A stretch of DNA of 64,000 bases from contig DASXUE010000052.1 of assembly GCA_036505055.1 (NCBI GenBank), forward strand, positions 1,239 through 65,238, read 5' to 3'. The notes below the pieces were generated by a model that did not search any database, was not told the DNA's origin, and saw only the letters and a program-made list of their open reading frames with translations. A program made the translations under genes and the position numbers. The stretch's first letter is position 1; each line of letters opens with the position of its first letter. Source of the DNA: Gemmatimonadales bacterium (GTDB lineage: Bacteria > Gemmatimonadota > Gemmatimonadetes > Gemmatimonadales > GWC2-71-9). Positions 35,913-43,961 of this stretch are shown here, one piece after another.

Positions 35913-38243
35913 TCACCGAGCGGCGGCAAGCGCCCCATCGAACAAATGGAGGATGCGCCGGTACTCGTCCGTCCAGCTGTCGTTCCGCCGGAACCCGTGC
36001 GGCTCCACCGGGTAGACCGCCGCCTCCCAGTTGTCCTTGCCGAGCTCGATCAAGCGTTGAATGAGGCGCGCGGTGTCCTGAAAGTGCACGTTGTCGTCGA
36101 CCATGCCATGGCAGATCAGCAGGCGGCCTTTGAGCCCCTCCGCAAAGTAGATCGGCGATGATTGCCGGTACGCGATCGTGTCGCTCTGAGGCTCGTTCAG
36201 GATCCGCGCGGTGTACGGGTGGTTGTAGTGCGCCCAGTCGGTTACGGGCCGGAGCGCGGCGCCGGCGGCGAAGACGCCGGGTTTGGTGAACAGCGCCATG
36301 AGCGTAATGAATCCGCCGTAGCTGCCACCGTAGATGCCGATGCGCGTGGAATCGATGCCCAGGTTGGCAACCAACCACCTCGCACCCGACACCTGATCCT
36401 CGAGATCGAGGCCACCCATGTGTCGATAGATCGCCGTCCGCCAGGCCCGTCCCAACCCCGCGCTCCCGCGGTAATCGAGGTCGAGGACGGCGTAGCCTTT
36501 CGACGCGAGCAAGTGATGGAACATGTACTCGCGGTAATACCACGACCACCACCGGTGCACGTTCTGCAGGTAGCCCGCCCCGTGCACGAAAATCACGGCC
36601 GCGCCGGTTGCCCCGGTTCCCCTCGGCCGATAGAGCCGCGCCGGCACCTGCGCGCCGTTCCCCCCCCCCGTCGGAATCATGACGATCTCCGGCTTGACCC
36701 ACTCGTAACTCCGGAACTCGGGGCTCGTGCTCTCCGTGACCTTTTGCATGGCCGCGCCGGGGCGCGCCGCCTGGAGATACAGCTCGGGTGGGTGATTCGC
36801 CGTCGAGTGCAGCACCGCAAGGGTGCGCCCGTCGGGCGACACGACCACGTCCTGCCGCCCTTCACCCGCGGTCAGCTGGGTGCGCCGGCCGGTGGCGATG
36901 TCGAGCGCGTAAAAGTGCACCTGACCGAAGTCGCCCTCGTTCGTATGCAGGTACAGGGTCCGGCCGTCGGGGGCGAGGTCCACCTGCTGCACTTCCCAGG
37001 CGCCGCTCGTAAGCGCCCGCGCTGCCCCGCCGCCCGCGGGCACGGTGTACACGTGCGCGTAGCCGGTCTGCTCGCTTCCGTAGTAGACCGTCTCACTCGC
37101 GGGAATCCACCCCGCCGTGTTGCCGAGCGGGCCGTCGAGCCATGCGTCGTCGTGCAGATGCGCGACTTCGCGCCGCGCCAGGGACGGAAGGTCCACCACG
37201 ACGAGCCAGGCGTCCTGATAGTCGGTGCTCGTGATCCGAACCAGTGCGTGTCGCCCCGTCGCCGAGAACCCGACGCCAGCCGCGTCCGTTTCCCGTTTCC
37301 CGCGAGCGTCAGGGAGTCCTTTAGGGATTCCCGAGTCCGTTTGTACCCACGTCACCTTCCCCGTCGCGACCTCGATCAGGGCGGCTTTGAGCCGCGCCTG
37401 CGCGTCGCCGACCTTCGTCCGAATCTGCTGCGTCTCGACGTACCCGGACTGCGTCACCCACACCGGCATTTGGACGGCGCGGCCCTCCGTCGAGTCGCCG
37501 CGCGCCCGCTCGGTGACCGTGACCAGCACGAAGCGGCCGTCAGGGGAAACCTGCAGCCGGCTTGGCGTCTGGCGCTCGGCGAGGTAGAGCGGCTTGACGG
37601 TGGCCACGGTGTCGGTGTCGGCGCGTAGCCGTTCGTCGGCTACTTGACGGCGAATGAAATCGAAGAGCTCGCGTTGCTGATCGCGCAAGAACTTCTTTTC
37701 GCCGGCGGGCTCCGTCGCCACGCGTGGCGCGGGGCCGCGGCGAATGTCGGTCAGTTGCGACACCGCTCCGGCGAAATCGAGCGCCCAGCAATTCTGGTCA
37801 CGCGTAAAAAAGATTCTGCGCCCGTCGGCCGACCACGCTGGCGCGGTTTCTGCACCGGGCGTCGATGTCAGGCGGCGCTTGGTGCCGTCCCGCTCGACCA
37901 GCCACAGGTCGCCTTTCAGCACTACGACGAGGCGGCGCCGGTCGGGCGACCACGCGCCCGTCGCCAGGGGAATCGTGTCGACGGCGTTGCGTGCAAGCCG
38001 CTGGATTTGTCGCGCGTCCGCCACAGCGACGCGGTAGTCCTGATCCAGCGTGTCGGCACCCGGCTGACGCCAGCGGAGGTACACATAGTGTCCGAGCGCA
38101 TCGAATTGCACATTGAACGGAGCGGTGCCTACGAGGTCGGGCCCGCGCATGATGTTCTCGACCGTCAACGCGAACCCCTGGGCGGCGGCGCCGACCGGGA
38201 TCGAGGCGAGCACGACGGTACACAGCGTAATGCAACGACGCAT
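35913..38243 (-). CDS. S9 family serine peptidase (DPP-IV/prolyl oligopeptidase-like)
   Basis: ATG at 38243 is preceded by AAGGAG with 7-nt spacing. Signal peptide MRRCITLCTVVLASIPVGAAAQ. Beta-propeller region, then catalytic GIYGGSYGG, with D and H in LICHGMVDDNV..EPHGF. Confidence 0.85.
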   Translation of the reverse strand: MRRCITLCTVVLASIPVGAAAQGFALTVENIMRGPDLVGTAPFNVQFDALGHYVYLRWRQPGADTLDQDYRVAVADARQIQRLARNAVDTIPLATGAWSPDRRRLVVVLKGDLWLVERDGTKRRLTSTPGAETAPAWSADGRRIFFTRDQNCWALDFAGAVSQLTDIRRGPAPRVATEPAGEKKFLRDQQRELFDFIRRQVADERLRADTDTVATVKPLYLAERQTPSRLQVSPDGRFVLVTVTERARGDSTEGRAVQMPVWVTQSGYVETQQIRTKVGDAQARLKAALIEVATGKVTWVQTDSGIPKGLPDARGKRETDAAGVGFSATGRHALVRITSTDYQDAWLVVVDLPSLARREVAHLHDDAWLDGPLGNTAGWIPASETVYYGSEQTGYAHVYTVPAGGGAARALTSGAWEVQQVDLAPDGRTLYLHTNEGDFGQVHFYALDIATGRRTQLTAGEGRQDVVVSPDGRTLAVLHSTANHPPELYLQAARPGAAMQKVTESTSPEFRSYEWVKPEIVMIPTGGGNGAQVPARLYRPRGTGATGAAVIFVHGAGYLQNVHRWWSWYYREYMFHHLLASKGYAVLDLDYRGSAGLGRAWRTAIYRHMGGLDLEDQVSGARWLVANLGIDSTRIGIYGGSYGGFITLMALFTKPGVFAAGAALRPVTDWAHYNHPYTARILNEPQSDTIAYRQSSPIYFAEGLKGRLLICHGMVDDNVHFQDTARLIQRLIELGKDNWEAAVYPVEPHGFRRNDSWTDEYRRILHLFDGALAAAR
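36660..36669 (-). repeat. G10 homopolymer (C10 on + strand) inside the S9 peptidase gene
   Basis: Direct reading: ttCCCCCCCCCCg. It encodes the GGG of IPTGGGNGA, upstream of the catalytic domain. Confidence 0.9.
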
Positions 38244-39069
38244 AGAGCTGCTCCTTGCGGATCGAGGGGCGGCGACGTTTGCGGCGCTAATCTGCGCCGC
38301 GCTGACGGCGTGCACCAGCGAGGCGCGACCGCTGCGGTTGGGTACGACGTACACCGTCGAGCAATCGGGTGCGCTGGCGGTGCTCGACTCGCTCACTCCC
38401 CCCGCACCGGTGACGGCGATCGTCGGGCCTTCGGGCCAGATTCTGCGCTCGGCGGCTGCCGGCGACCTCGATGTCGTCCTGACGCACGCCCCTACGCTCG
38501 AGGACCGGCTGCTCGTCGCGCCTGGACTGGCGGCGCTGCAATGCCCGTTCGTCTCGAGCCGGTTCGCGATCGTCGGCCCGCCGGCGGATCCGGCCCGCGT
38601 GGCGGGCGCCACCACCGCGGTGGACGCGTTGCGCCGCATCGCGGCGGCGCAGGCCACATTCGTCTCCCGAGGTGACTCATCCGGCACACACGTGAAAGAG
38701 GTGGCGCTGTGGGCCGCGGCGGGCGTAGCCCTCACCGGACGGGCGTGGTACGTGCAATCGGGCGTCGACCAGGCCGCCACCCTGCACCTCGCGGACGAGC
38801 GGCAAGGCTACGCGCTGGCGGACCTCCCGACGTTCACGCGCATCGGCGGCGTGAACCTGCGCGTCCTGTTCGCAGACGACAGCACGCTGGTGAATCCGTA
38901 CACGCTGTACGTCGTGCAAGCCCGCACCCCGCATCCCGCGGCGCGGGCGTTCGGTCTCTGGGCGCCGGGGCAGTGGCGCGCGCGGCTGCTGGCGCTGCGC
39001 CTGCCCGACGGCACCGCGGCGTTCGCGTCGCGGGACGGCGACTGCCGAACCCCGGCGGCAAGACCGTAG
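38230..39069 (+). CDS. TupA/PBP-like periplasmic oxyanion (tungstate/molybdate-type) binding lipoprotein
   Basis: ATG at 38230. Lipobox LTAC. LRLGTTYTVEQSGAL and FVSRGDSSGTHVKEVALW blocks recall tungstate-binding proteins. No cognate permease or ATPase is nearby. Confidence 0.65.
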   Translation: MQRRIELLLADRGAATFAALICAALTACTSEARPLRLGTTYTVEQSGALAVLDSLTPPAPVTAIVGPSGQILRSAAAGDLDVVLTHAPTLEDRLLVAPGLAALQCPFVSSRFAIVGPPADPARVAGATTAVDALRRIAAAQATFVSRGDSSGTHVKEVALWAAAGVALTGRAWYVQSGVDQAATLHLADERQGYALADLPTFTRIGGVNLRVLFADDSTLVNPYTLYVVQARTPHPAARAFGLWAPGQWRARLLALRLPDGTAAFASRDGDCRTPAARP

Positions 39070-39078
39070 GAGGCCCCG

Positions 39079-39435
39079 ATGCCATTCAGTGACCTTGAAT
39101 CGAAGGTGGGCTTGACGCTGCTGCGGCGGGGCGTGCCGGTCATGGGCGAGCGTGAGGCGCGCCTGCTCGACGCGGTGGCGCGCGTGCAGTCGATCAAGGA
39201 CGCGGCGCGAGAGACGGGGATCAGTTACCGCACGGCGTGGGGCGCCATCCAGCTGATGGAGCGGGCGTGGGGCCGGCCGGTGGTCGAGTCCCGCGCCGGC
39301 GGTCCCGGCGGCGGCGCGACCACGTTGACCGCGGAGTGCCGGGAGCTGCTGCGCCTGTACCAGGACGTGGAGCGGCGGCTCGACGAGCATGTCCAGCACG
39401 CCTTGCACGCCGCCGAGGGGTCGCCGGCGGACTAG
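39079..39435 (+). CDS. ModE N-terminal-domain-like winged-helix regulator
   Basis: 118 aa. AARETGISYRTAWGAIQLME HTH block typical of the ModE/LysR-like N-domain. No Mop domains. Confidence 0.7.
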   Translation: MPFSDLESKVGLTLLRRGVPVMGEREARLLDAVARVQSIKDAARETGISYRTAWGAIQLMERAWGRPVVESRAGGPGGGATTLTAECRELLRLYQDVERRLDEHVQHALHAAEGSPAD

Positions 39436-39839
39436 CGAACGATGTCGAGCGCGTAGCTCGCGAGCACCAGCGGCGTCCGCAGCTGGTAGTTCGCCTGCGC
39501 GACCCCCTGAATCGTCCCGTCGTACCGCGCCACGGCATTCACGTTCTCCACGCCGATCGTCAGCACCACCGCGTCCTGCGTCAGCTGGCCGACGAGCGCG
39601 AACCTCGTGCTCGTCCCGCCGAGCGTTTGCTGGAAGAGACGCATCCCCGCTCCCGCTGTAGCGCTCGTCAGGGCCGCGGGACCGGTGATGGTGAACACCA
39701 TCGCCGAATCGGCGCCCGAGTTGGGCGTCGTCAGCTTCACGCTGAGGACGCCGGGGACCGGGCCCACGGGGTCTCTGCCGCAGCTCAGACCAACAGCGGC
39801 CAGGAGGGCGAGCGCCACGACGCCGACGGTGGGCTTCAT
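39432..39839 (-). CDS. Small lipoprotein, function unknown
   Basis: ATG at 39839 is in an ATGA overlap with the M6 protease stop. MKPTVGVVALALLAAVGLSC lipobox. Confidence 0.65.
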   Translation of the reverse strand: MKPTVGVVALALLAAVGLSCGRDPVGPVPGVLSVKLTTPNSGADSAMVFTITGPAALTSATAGAGMRLFQQTLGGTSTRFALVGQLTQDAVVLTIGVENVNAVARYDGTIQGVAQANYQLRTPLVLASYALDIVR

Positions 39840-42409
39840 GGCCGCGCTCCCTTCGGTCGGGCGATTCGCGACATCGCGTTCGCGCTGAGCGGCGCGCCCG
39901 TCCCCTTCACCCAGGCGAGGAAGTCGCCGATGTCGAAGCCGCCGTTGTTGTTCCCGAGGAAGTCGAGATAGCGCCGTTGGTCGGCGGTCAGCGGCACCGT
40001 GGGACCGAGCAGATGATTCACCACATCGGCCGTCGCGAGCGTGGGTGCCGAGACCGAGAATGTGAACGTCCGCGTCTGGGTCTGCGCACCCGATGTCAGC
40101 AGCACGTCGTACGAAAAACTCCCCGTGTCGTGCGGAAATCCCGACACGATCCCCGTGGACGCCGCCAGGGTCAGTCCTTGCGGCAGGGCGCCGCCTGTCA
40201 CGGTCCAAGTGTAGGTCCCGGTGCCACCGCTGGCGCGCAGCGTGTCGCCGTACGAGGCGCCCATCACGCCCGCGGGGCGCGCGGCGCCCGAGCTGACCGC
40301 CAGCGCCGTCGCAAATGTCGCGACCACCGTATACGGCCGACCCATCGGCAGGGTGACGACGAGGTTGGTGGTCGTCGTGTCGCCGCTCCAGTTCCCGAAG
40401 AACCCGCCGGAGTCGGGCGTCGCCGTGAGCTGAACGGCGCTGCCGTCGGCGATGAACTGGCCGGCGAGGTTGACGGGAGGGTTGGACGCGATCGTCCCGC
40501 CACCGACCTTCGTCGCGACCAGCTTGAACTCGCGGTCCAAGGTGGCGGTGAATGTCCCTCCCGACAGGCTCCCGGTGATCGAATGCGTGCGGGCCCCGAA
40601 GTCCGACCAGGAGACAAACCGCCAGCGCGTGCGAGCGTCCCCCGACAGCTGCGTATCGGCGACGCTGACCGTGTGCGAGGAGCCGTCATCCAGCAGGTCG
40701 TGGAAGATGTTGACATTGACGTCGTCCAACACGACGACTGCATTCGTGTCGCTGCCGCTGATCACGGTGAGGTTACCGAACCGCAGCCGGAACGCCATCG
40801 CACCGCCCGGGATGAGCTGCCGAATCGAGTCGACCGCAAGACCCATGAAGCCGCCGTCGAGGTTGTTCCGGGCGGCGGGGCTCGTCCCGAACGCGTACGT
40901 GGTGTTCCCGCTCTTGCCCGGGTACAGATCGCCGGCGTCGCCCCGGTTGCAGCCGCCGGCGCCGCACCACAGCTGCCGCAGGCGGTCCGCCTCCTCGACG
41001 ACGAGGCCGTGAATCGGCCCGAAGTTGACCGCGTTGCCGTTGCGAAACCCGTTGTCCGTGATCTGCGTCGAATCCGCGTGCCAGATGAGGAGGCCGCCCC
41101 CGCACGACGCCGGCAGACTGCTGCGCTGGCAATGGAGCCGAATCATCGCCGTATCGGCCTGGGACGCCTGCCTGTTCTCGAGCAACACGTACTCGCCCCG
41201 CGTGTTCGTGCCCTGCACGCGCACGTAGAAGGCGGTGTCTGACACGGCGGCGGCGCCGAAGGTGTAGGTCCCGGTCGCCGAGAGCAGGCGGAGGGACACC
41301 CACCCCAGCTCGCTGAGCGACCACGCCTCCATGCGGGACGGGCTCGGCGGGCTGGTGTAGTTGCCCGAGCCCATGAGCCCCCACTCGCCGATGCCCTCGG
41401 TCGAACCCTGCGTGTCGTACAGATCCGGGAGTCCCAGCGCGTGGCCAAACTCGTGCGCCGCGGTACCGATCGGCATGATCTTCGTGTCGTCGCACGGGGA
41501 CGTGCCGGGTGCGGTACCGCCCAACGCGCTGGACGCGAAGTAGTCGCTGATGCGGACATTACCGAAGCCGGACTTGGCGGAGACGTCGTTCGTGACGTAG
41601 TCCTGAAAGTTCGTCTGGTTGGCGTTCGCCAGGACGTAGCGGTGCGACCAGATGTGATTGTTCGCCGAACCGGCGGGGCCGCACGCGCCGTCTTTCGTGG
41701 CGTGCGCGAACATGATCATGTCCACGTAGCCGTCGTCGTCCCCGGAATTCGGGATCAAGTCCGGCCCGTCGTTGTCGAACTGTGTGAAGGTCACACCCGA
41801 TGGGCCCGTGTCCACTCGGGCCAGCGCTTGGCGAAACCCATTCTGCATCCGCCTGATGGCGTCGCTCGAGAACAGGCCGTTACAGTTCGTCCCCCCGAAC
41901 GGATTGCCGCTACAGGTCCCCGGCGTGCCGGTGTACGTCGCCTCGGCGCTGTCGAGCCGCACCCAACGCGTGATTCTGCCCGTCATGTGAAACAGCCCGT
42001 TCGACATCTGCTCGTAGAACGTCCGCAACGTGTACGGGTTGCCCCCCGGGGGCGACGTGGAAAACAGCACGCTGGTGTACTGTGCCGTGTCGCGCATGAA
42101 CTGGAGGGAGTCGATCCCCTGATAGCTGAGGAGAACGACGGGCACCTGGAGCGTCCCGGTCACCGCGCTGGCCGTCGGGAGGGGCCCGCGGAGCAGCAAC
42201 GGCGCGTTCAGCGTGCCCATCCGGCCCTGCGCCAGCAGCTGCCGCCGGAGATCGCTAACCCGCGTAGCCCGGACGCGCCACACGCCGTCCTTCCGGAAAT
42301 CGAAGCCGGGGATCTCCCACCGGGGATGGAGCTGGCTCTGGGCGTGGGCGGGTGCCGGCACGAGCGCGACGACGGCGAGCGCCGCGACCAGCGCAACCAA
42401 ACCTCTCAC
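39836..42409 (-). CDS. M6 (immune inhibitor A-like) secreted metalloprotease with C-terminal Ig-like repeats
   Basis: GTG at 42409 is preceded by GGAGGA with 8-nt spacing and gives the signal peptide M-RGLVALVAALAVVALVPAPAHA. Zinc site AAHEFGHALGLPDLYD. The track start (TTG at 42448) is possible. Confidence 0.8.
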   Translation of the reverse strand: MRGLVALVAALAVVALVPAPAHAQSQLHPRWEIPGFDFRKDGVWRVRATRVSDLRRQLLAQGRMGTLNAPLLLRGPLPTASAVTGTLQVPVVLLSYQGIDSLQFMRDTAQYTSVLFSTSPPGGNPYTLRTFYEQMSNGLFHMTGRITRWVRLDSAEATYTGTPGTCSGNPFGGTNCNGLFSSDAIRRMQNGFRQALARVDTGPSGVTFTQFDNDGPDLIPNSGDDDGYVDMIMFAHATKDGACGPAGSANNHIWSHRYVLANANQTNFQDYVTNDVSAKSGFGNVRISDYFASSALGGTAPGTSPCDDTKIMPIGTAAHEFGHALGLPDLYDTQGSTEGIGEWGLMGSGNYTSPPSPSRMEAWSLSELGWVSLRLLSATGTYTFGAAAVSDTAFYVRVQGTNTRGEYVLLENRQASQADTAMIRLHCQRSSLPASCGGGLLIWHADSTQITDNGFRNGNAVNFGPIHGLVVEEADRLRQLWCGAGGCNRGDAGDLYPGKSGNTTYAFGTSPAARNNLDGGFMGLAVDSIRQLIPGGAMAFRLRFGNLTVISGSDTNAVVVLDDVNVNIFHDLLDDGSSHTVSVADTQLSGDARTRWRFVSWSDFGARTHSITGSLSGGTFTATLDREFKLVATKVGGGTIASNPPVNLAGQFIADGSAVQLTATPDSGGFFGNWSGDTTTTNLVVTLPMGRPYTVVATFATALAVSSGAARPAGVMGASYGDTLRASGGTGTYTWTVTGGALPQGLTLAASTGIVSGFPHDTGSFSYDVLLTSGAQTQTRTFTFSVSAPTLATADVVNHLLGPTVPLTADQRRYLDFLGNNNGGFDIGDFLAWVKGTGAPLSANAMSRIARPKGARP

Positions 42410-42454
42410 AAGCGATTCCTCCGGGAGCGCGACGAGTCGACGACGCAATGTACC

Positions 42455-43843
42455 CTAGGAGACTGGCGCTTCGGAAGCTGTGCGACGGCTCACACCCCGC
42501 TGCGCCAGCCACCAGCCGAGCGCCATGAACAGCACGACGCCCCCTGCGACCTTCACCTCGTACACCATCGCGGCCTCGCCGGCCGGCGGTACGAACCCCA
42601 GCACGATCGCAAAGGCCACGGAGAGGATCCCCGACCACCCTGCCGCCGCGGTGCGCAGCGAGTGCTCGCGCCGCAGCCGCAGGAACGCCGCGAACATGTA
42701 GATGTAGGGGATGAAGAACAGGATCAAGGTCGTCTGGGTGAGCACCAGATACGCGTTCTTCACGGTGGTGCCGACCAGGCTCGCCACGACGAACGCCGTC
42801 GCGAGCACGCCCTGCGTCAAGAGCGACACGTACGGCGTCTGCCACCGCGGGTGAACGCGGGAGAACGCCTCGGGCAGCGCCCGATCCACGCCGGCCGCAT
42901 ACGGCAGTCGCGCCGAGCCGGCCAGCCATGCCCCCACACCGCCCAGATTCCCGAGGACGAGGAGGAGCGCCACGATGGCGGCGACGGGCGCGAGCGGGGC
43001 CCACCCGAGCCGCTCCACGAGCGCCGCCGTCGCCTGCGGCATCCCATTTGTGATGCTCACCGTTTCGGCGGGCAACGCCACCAGGATCGCCGCCGTGCCG
43101 AGCACGTACATCCCCACGATCGCGAGGCCCGAGAGCGCGATCCCGCGCCGCAGCGTCGCCGCCGGATCGCGAACCTCGCCGCCCAGGGTCGACGCCAGCT
43201 CCAACCCGCCGAAGGCGAAGATCAACGTTCCGAACAGATTGATAGACTGGAAGTCGAGCTTGTGCGGCACGAGATCCGACATCCGCAGCGGCGTCGCACT
43301 CCCATGGAGCGCGAGCGAGGCCGTCGCCAGCGCGAGGAAGATGGCGAGCGTCACCCACGTGCCATACGCGCCCAGGTTCTGCAGCCACTTCCCCACCCGC
43401 AGCCCGACGACATTGAGCCCCACGGCGATCCACAGCCCCGCCAGCGACAGCACGCCGATGAACGTGGGATCGTCCCCCAAGCGCACGAAGCGCGGGCCCC
43501 CTGCGTACGCCGCGATGGCCGCCGTCGCCACGAGCAACGAGGGGTAATAGAAGAGGTTGTTGACCCAGTAGCCCCAGCCTGCCACGAATCCCTGGCGTGC
43601 GCCGAAGGCGCGGGTCACCCACCGATAGATCCCGCCTGTGCCGGGGTCGATGTCCGCCAGCTCGCGCACGACGATCGCGGAGGGAATGAAAAAGATCACC
43701 ATCGCGACGGCCCAGAGCAGCAGGCCGGCGAGACCGAATTGACTCGCCGCCGTGGTGAGCCAGCGGAGCCCAACGATCGCCGAAATGTTGAAGAGCACGA
43801 CGTCGCGCAGGGTCATCACGCGCGGCAGCGGACTGTGATTCAT
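42455..43843 (-). CDS. APC-superfamily amino acid permease
   Basis: 462 aa with about 12 TM segments. N-terminal LRDVVLFNISAIVGLRW block, typical of the glutamate/GABA-antiporter-like subfamily. Confidence 0.85.
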   Translation of the reverse strand: MNHSPLPRVMTLRDVVLFNISAIVGLRWLTTAASQFGLAGLLLWAVAMVIFFIPSAIVVRELADIDPGTGGIYRWVTRAFGARQGFVAGWGYWVNNLFYYPSLLVATAAIAAYAGGPRFVRLGDDPTFIGVLSLAGLWIAVGLNVVGLRVGKWLQNLGAYGTWVTLAIFLALATASLALHGSATPLRMSDLVPHKLDFQSINLFGTLIFAFGGLELASTLGGEVRDPAATLRRGIALSGLAIVGMYVLGTAAILVALPAETVSITNGMPQATAALVERLGWAPLAPVAAIVALLLVLGNLGGVGAWLAGSARLPYAAGVDRALPEAFSRVHPRWQTPYVSLLTQGVLATAFVVASLVGTTVKNAYLVLTQTTLILFFIPYIYMFAAFLRLRREHSLRTAAAGWSGILSVAFAIVLGFVPPAGEAAMVYEVKVAGGVVLFMALGWWLAQRGVSRRTASEAPVS

Positions 43844-43961
43844 GGCGGGAACTTACGGAGCGTCGGACACGTACGCTAACTCACGTGGGCACGGACCCTT
43901 GCGAATTCGTGTCCGTCCGGCTAAGCTGTACCACCGCCAAACACATAGGCTTCGAGGTTGC

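Noticed and set aside
43842-43961. ATG at 43842 as start of the spt-like gene, which would give a fourth CATG head-to-head overlap with the permease start at 43843
   Set aside because: The 40 extra residues (MAGTYGASDTYANSRGHGPLRIRV..) look non-protein-like, and the DNA here is lower-GC, spacer-like and contains inverted repeats. The GTG at 43962 gives an N-terminus typical of the family.
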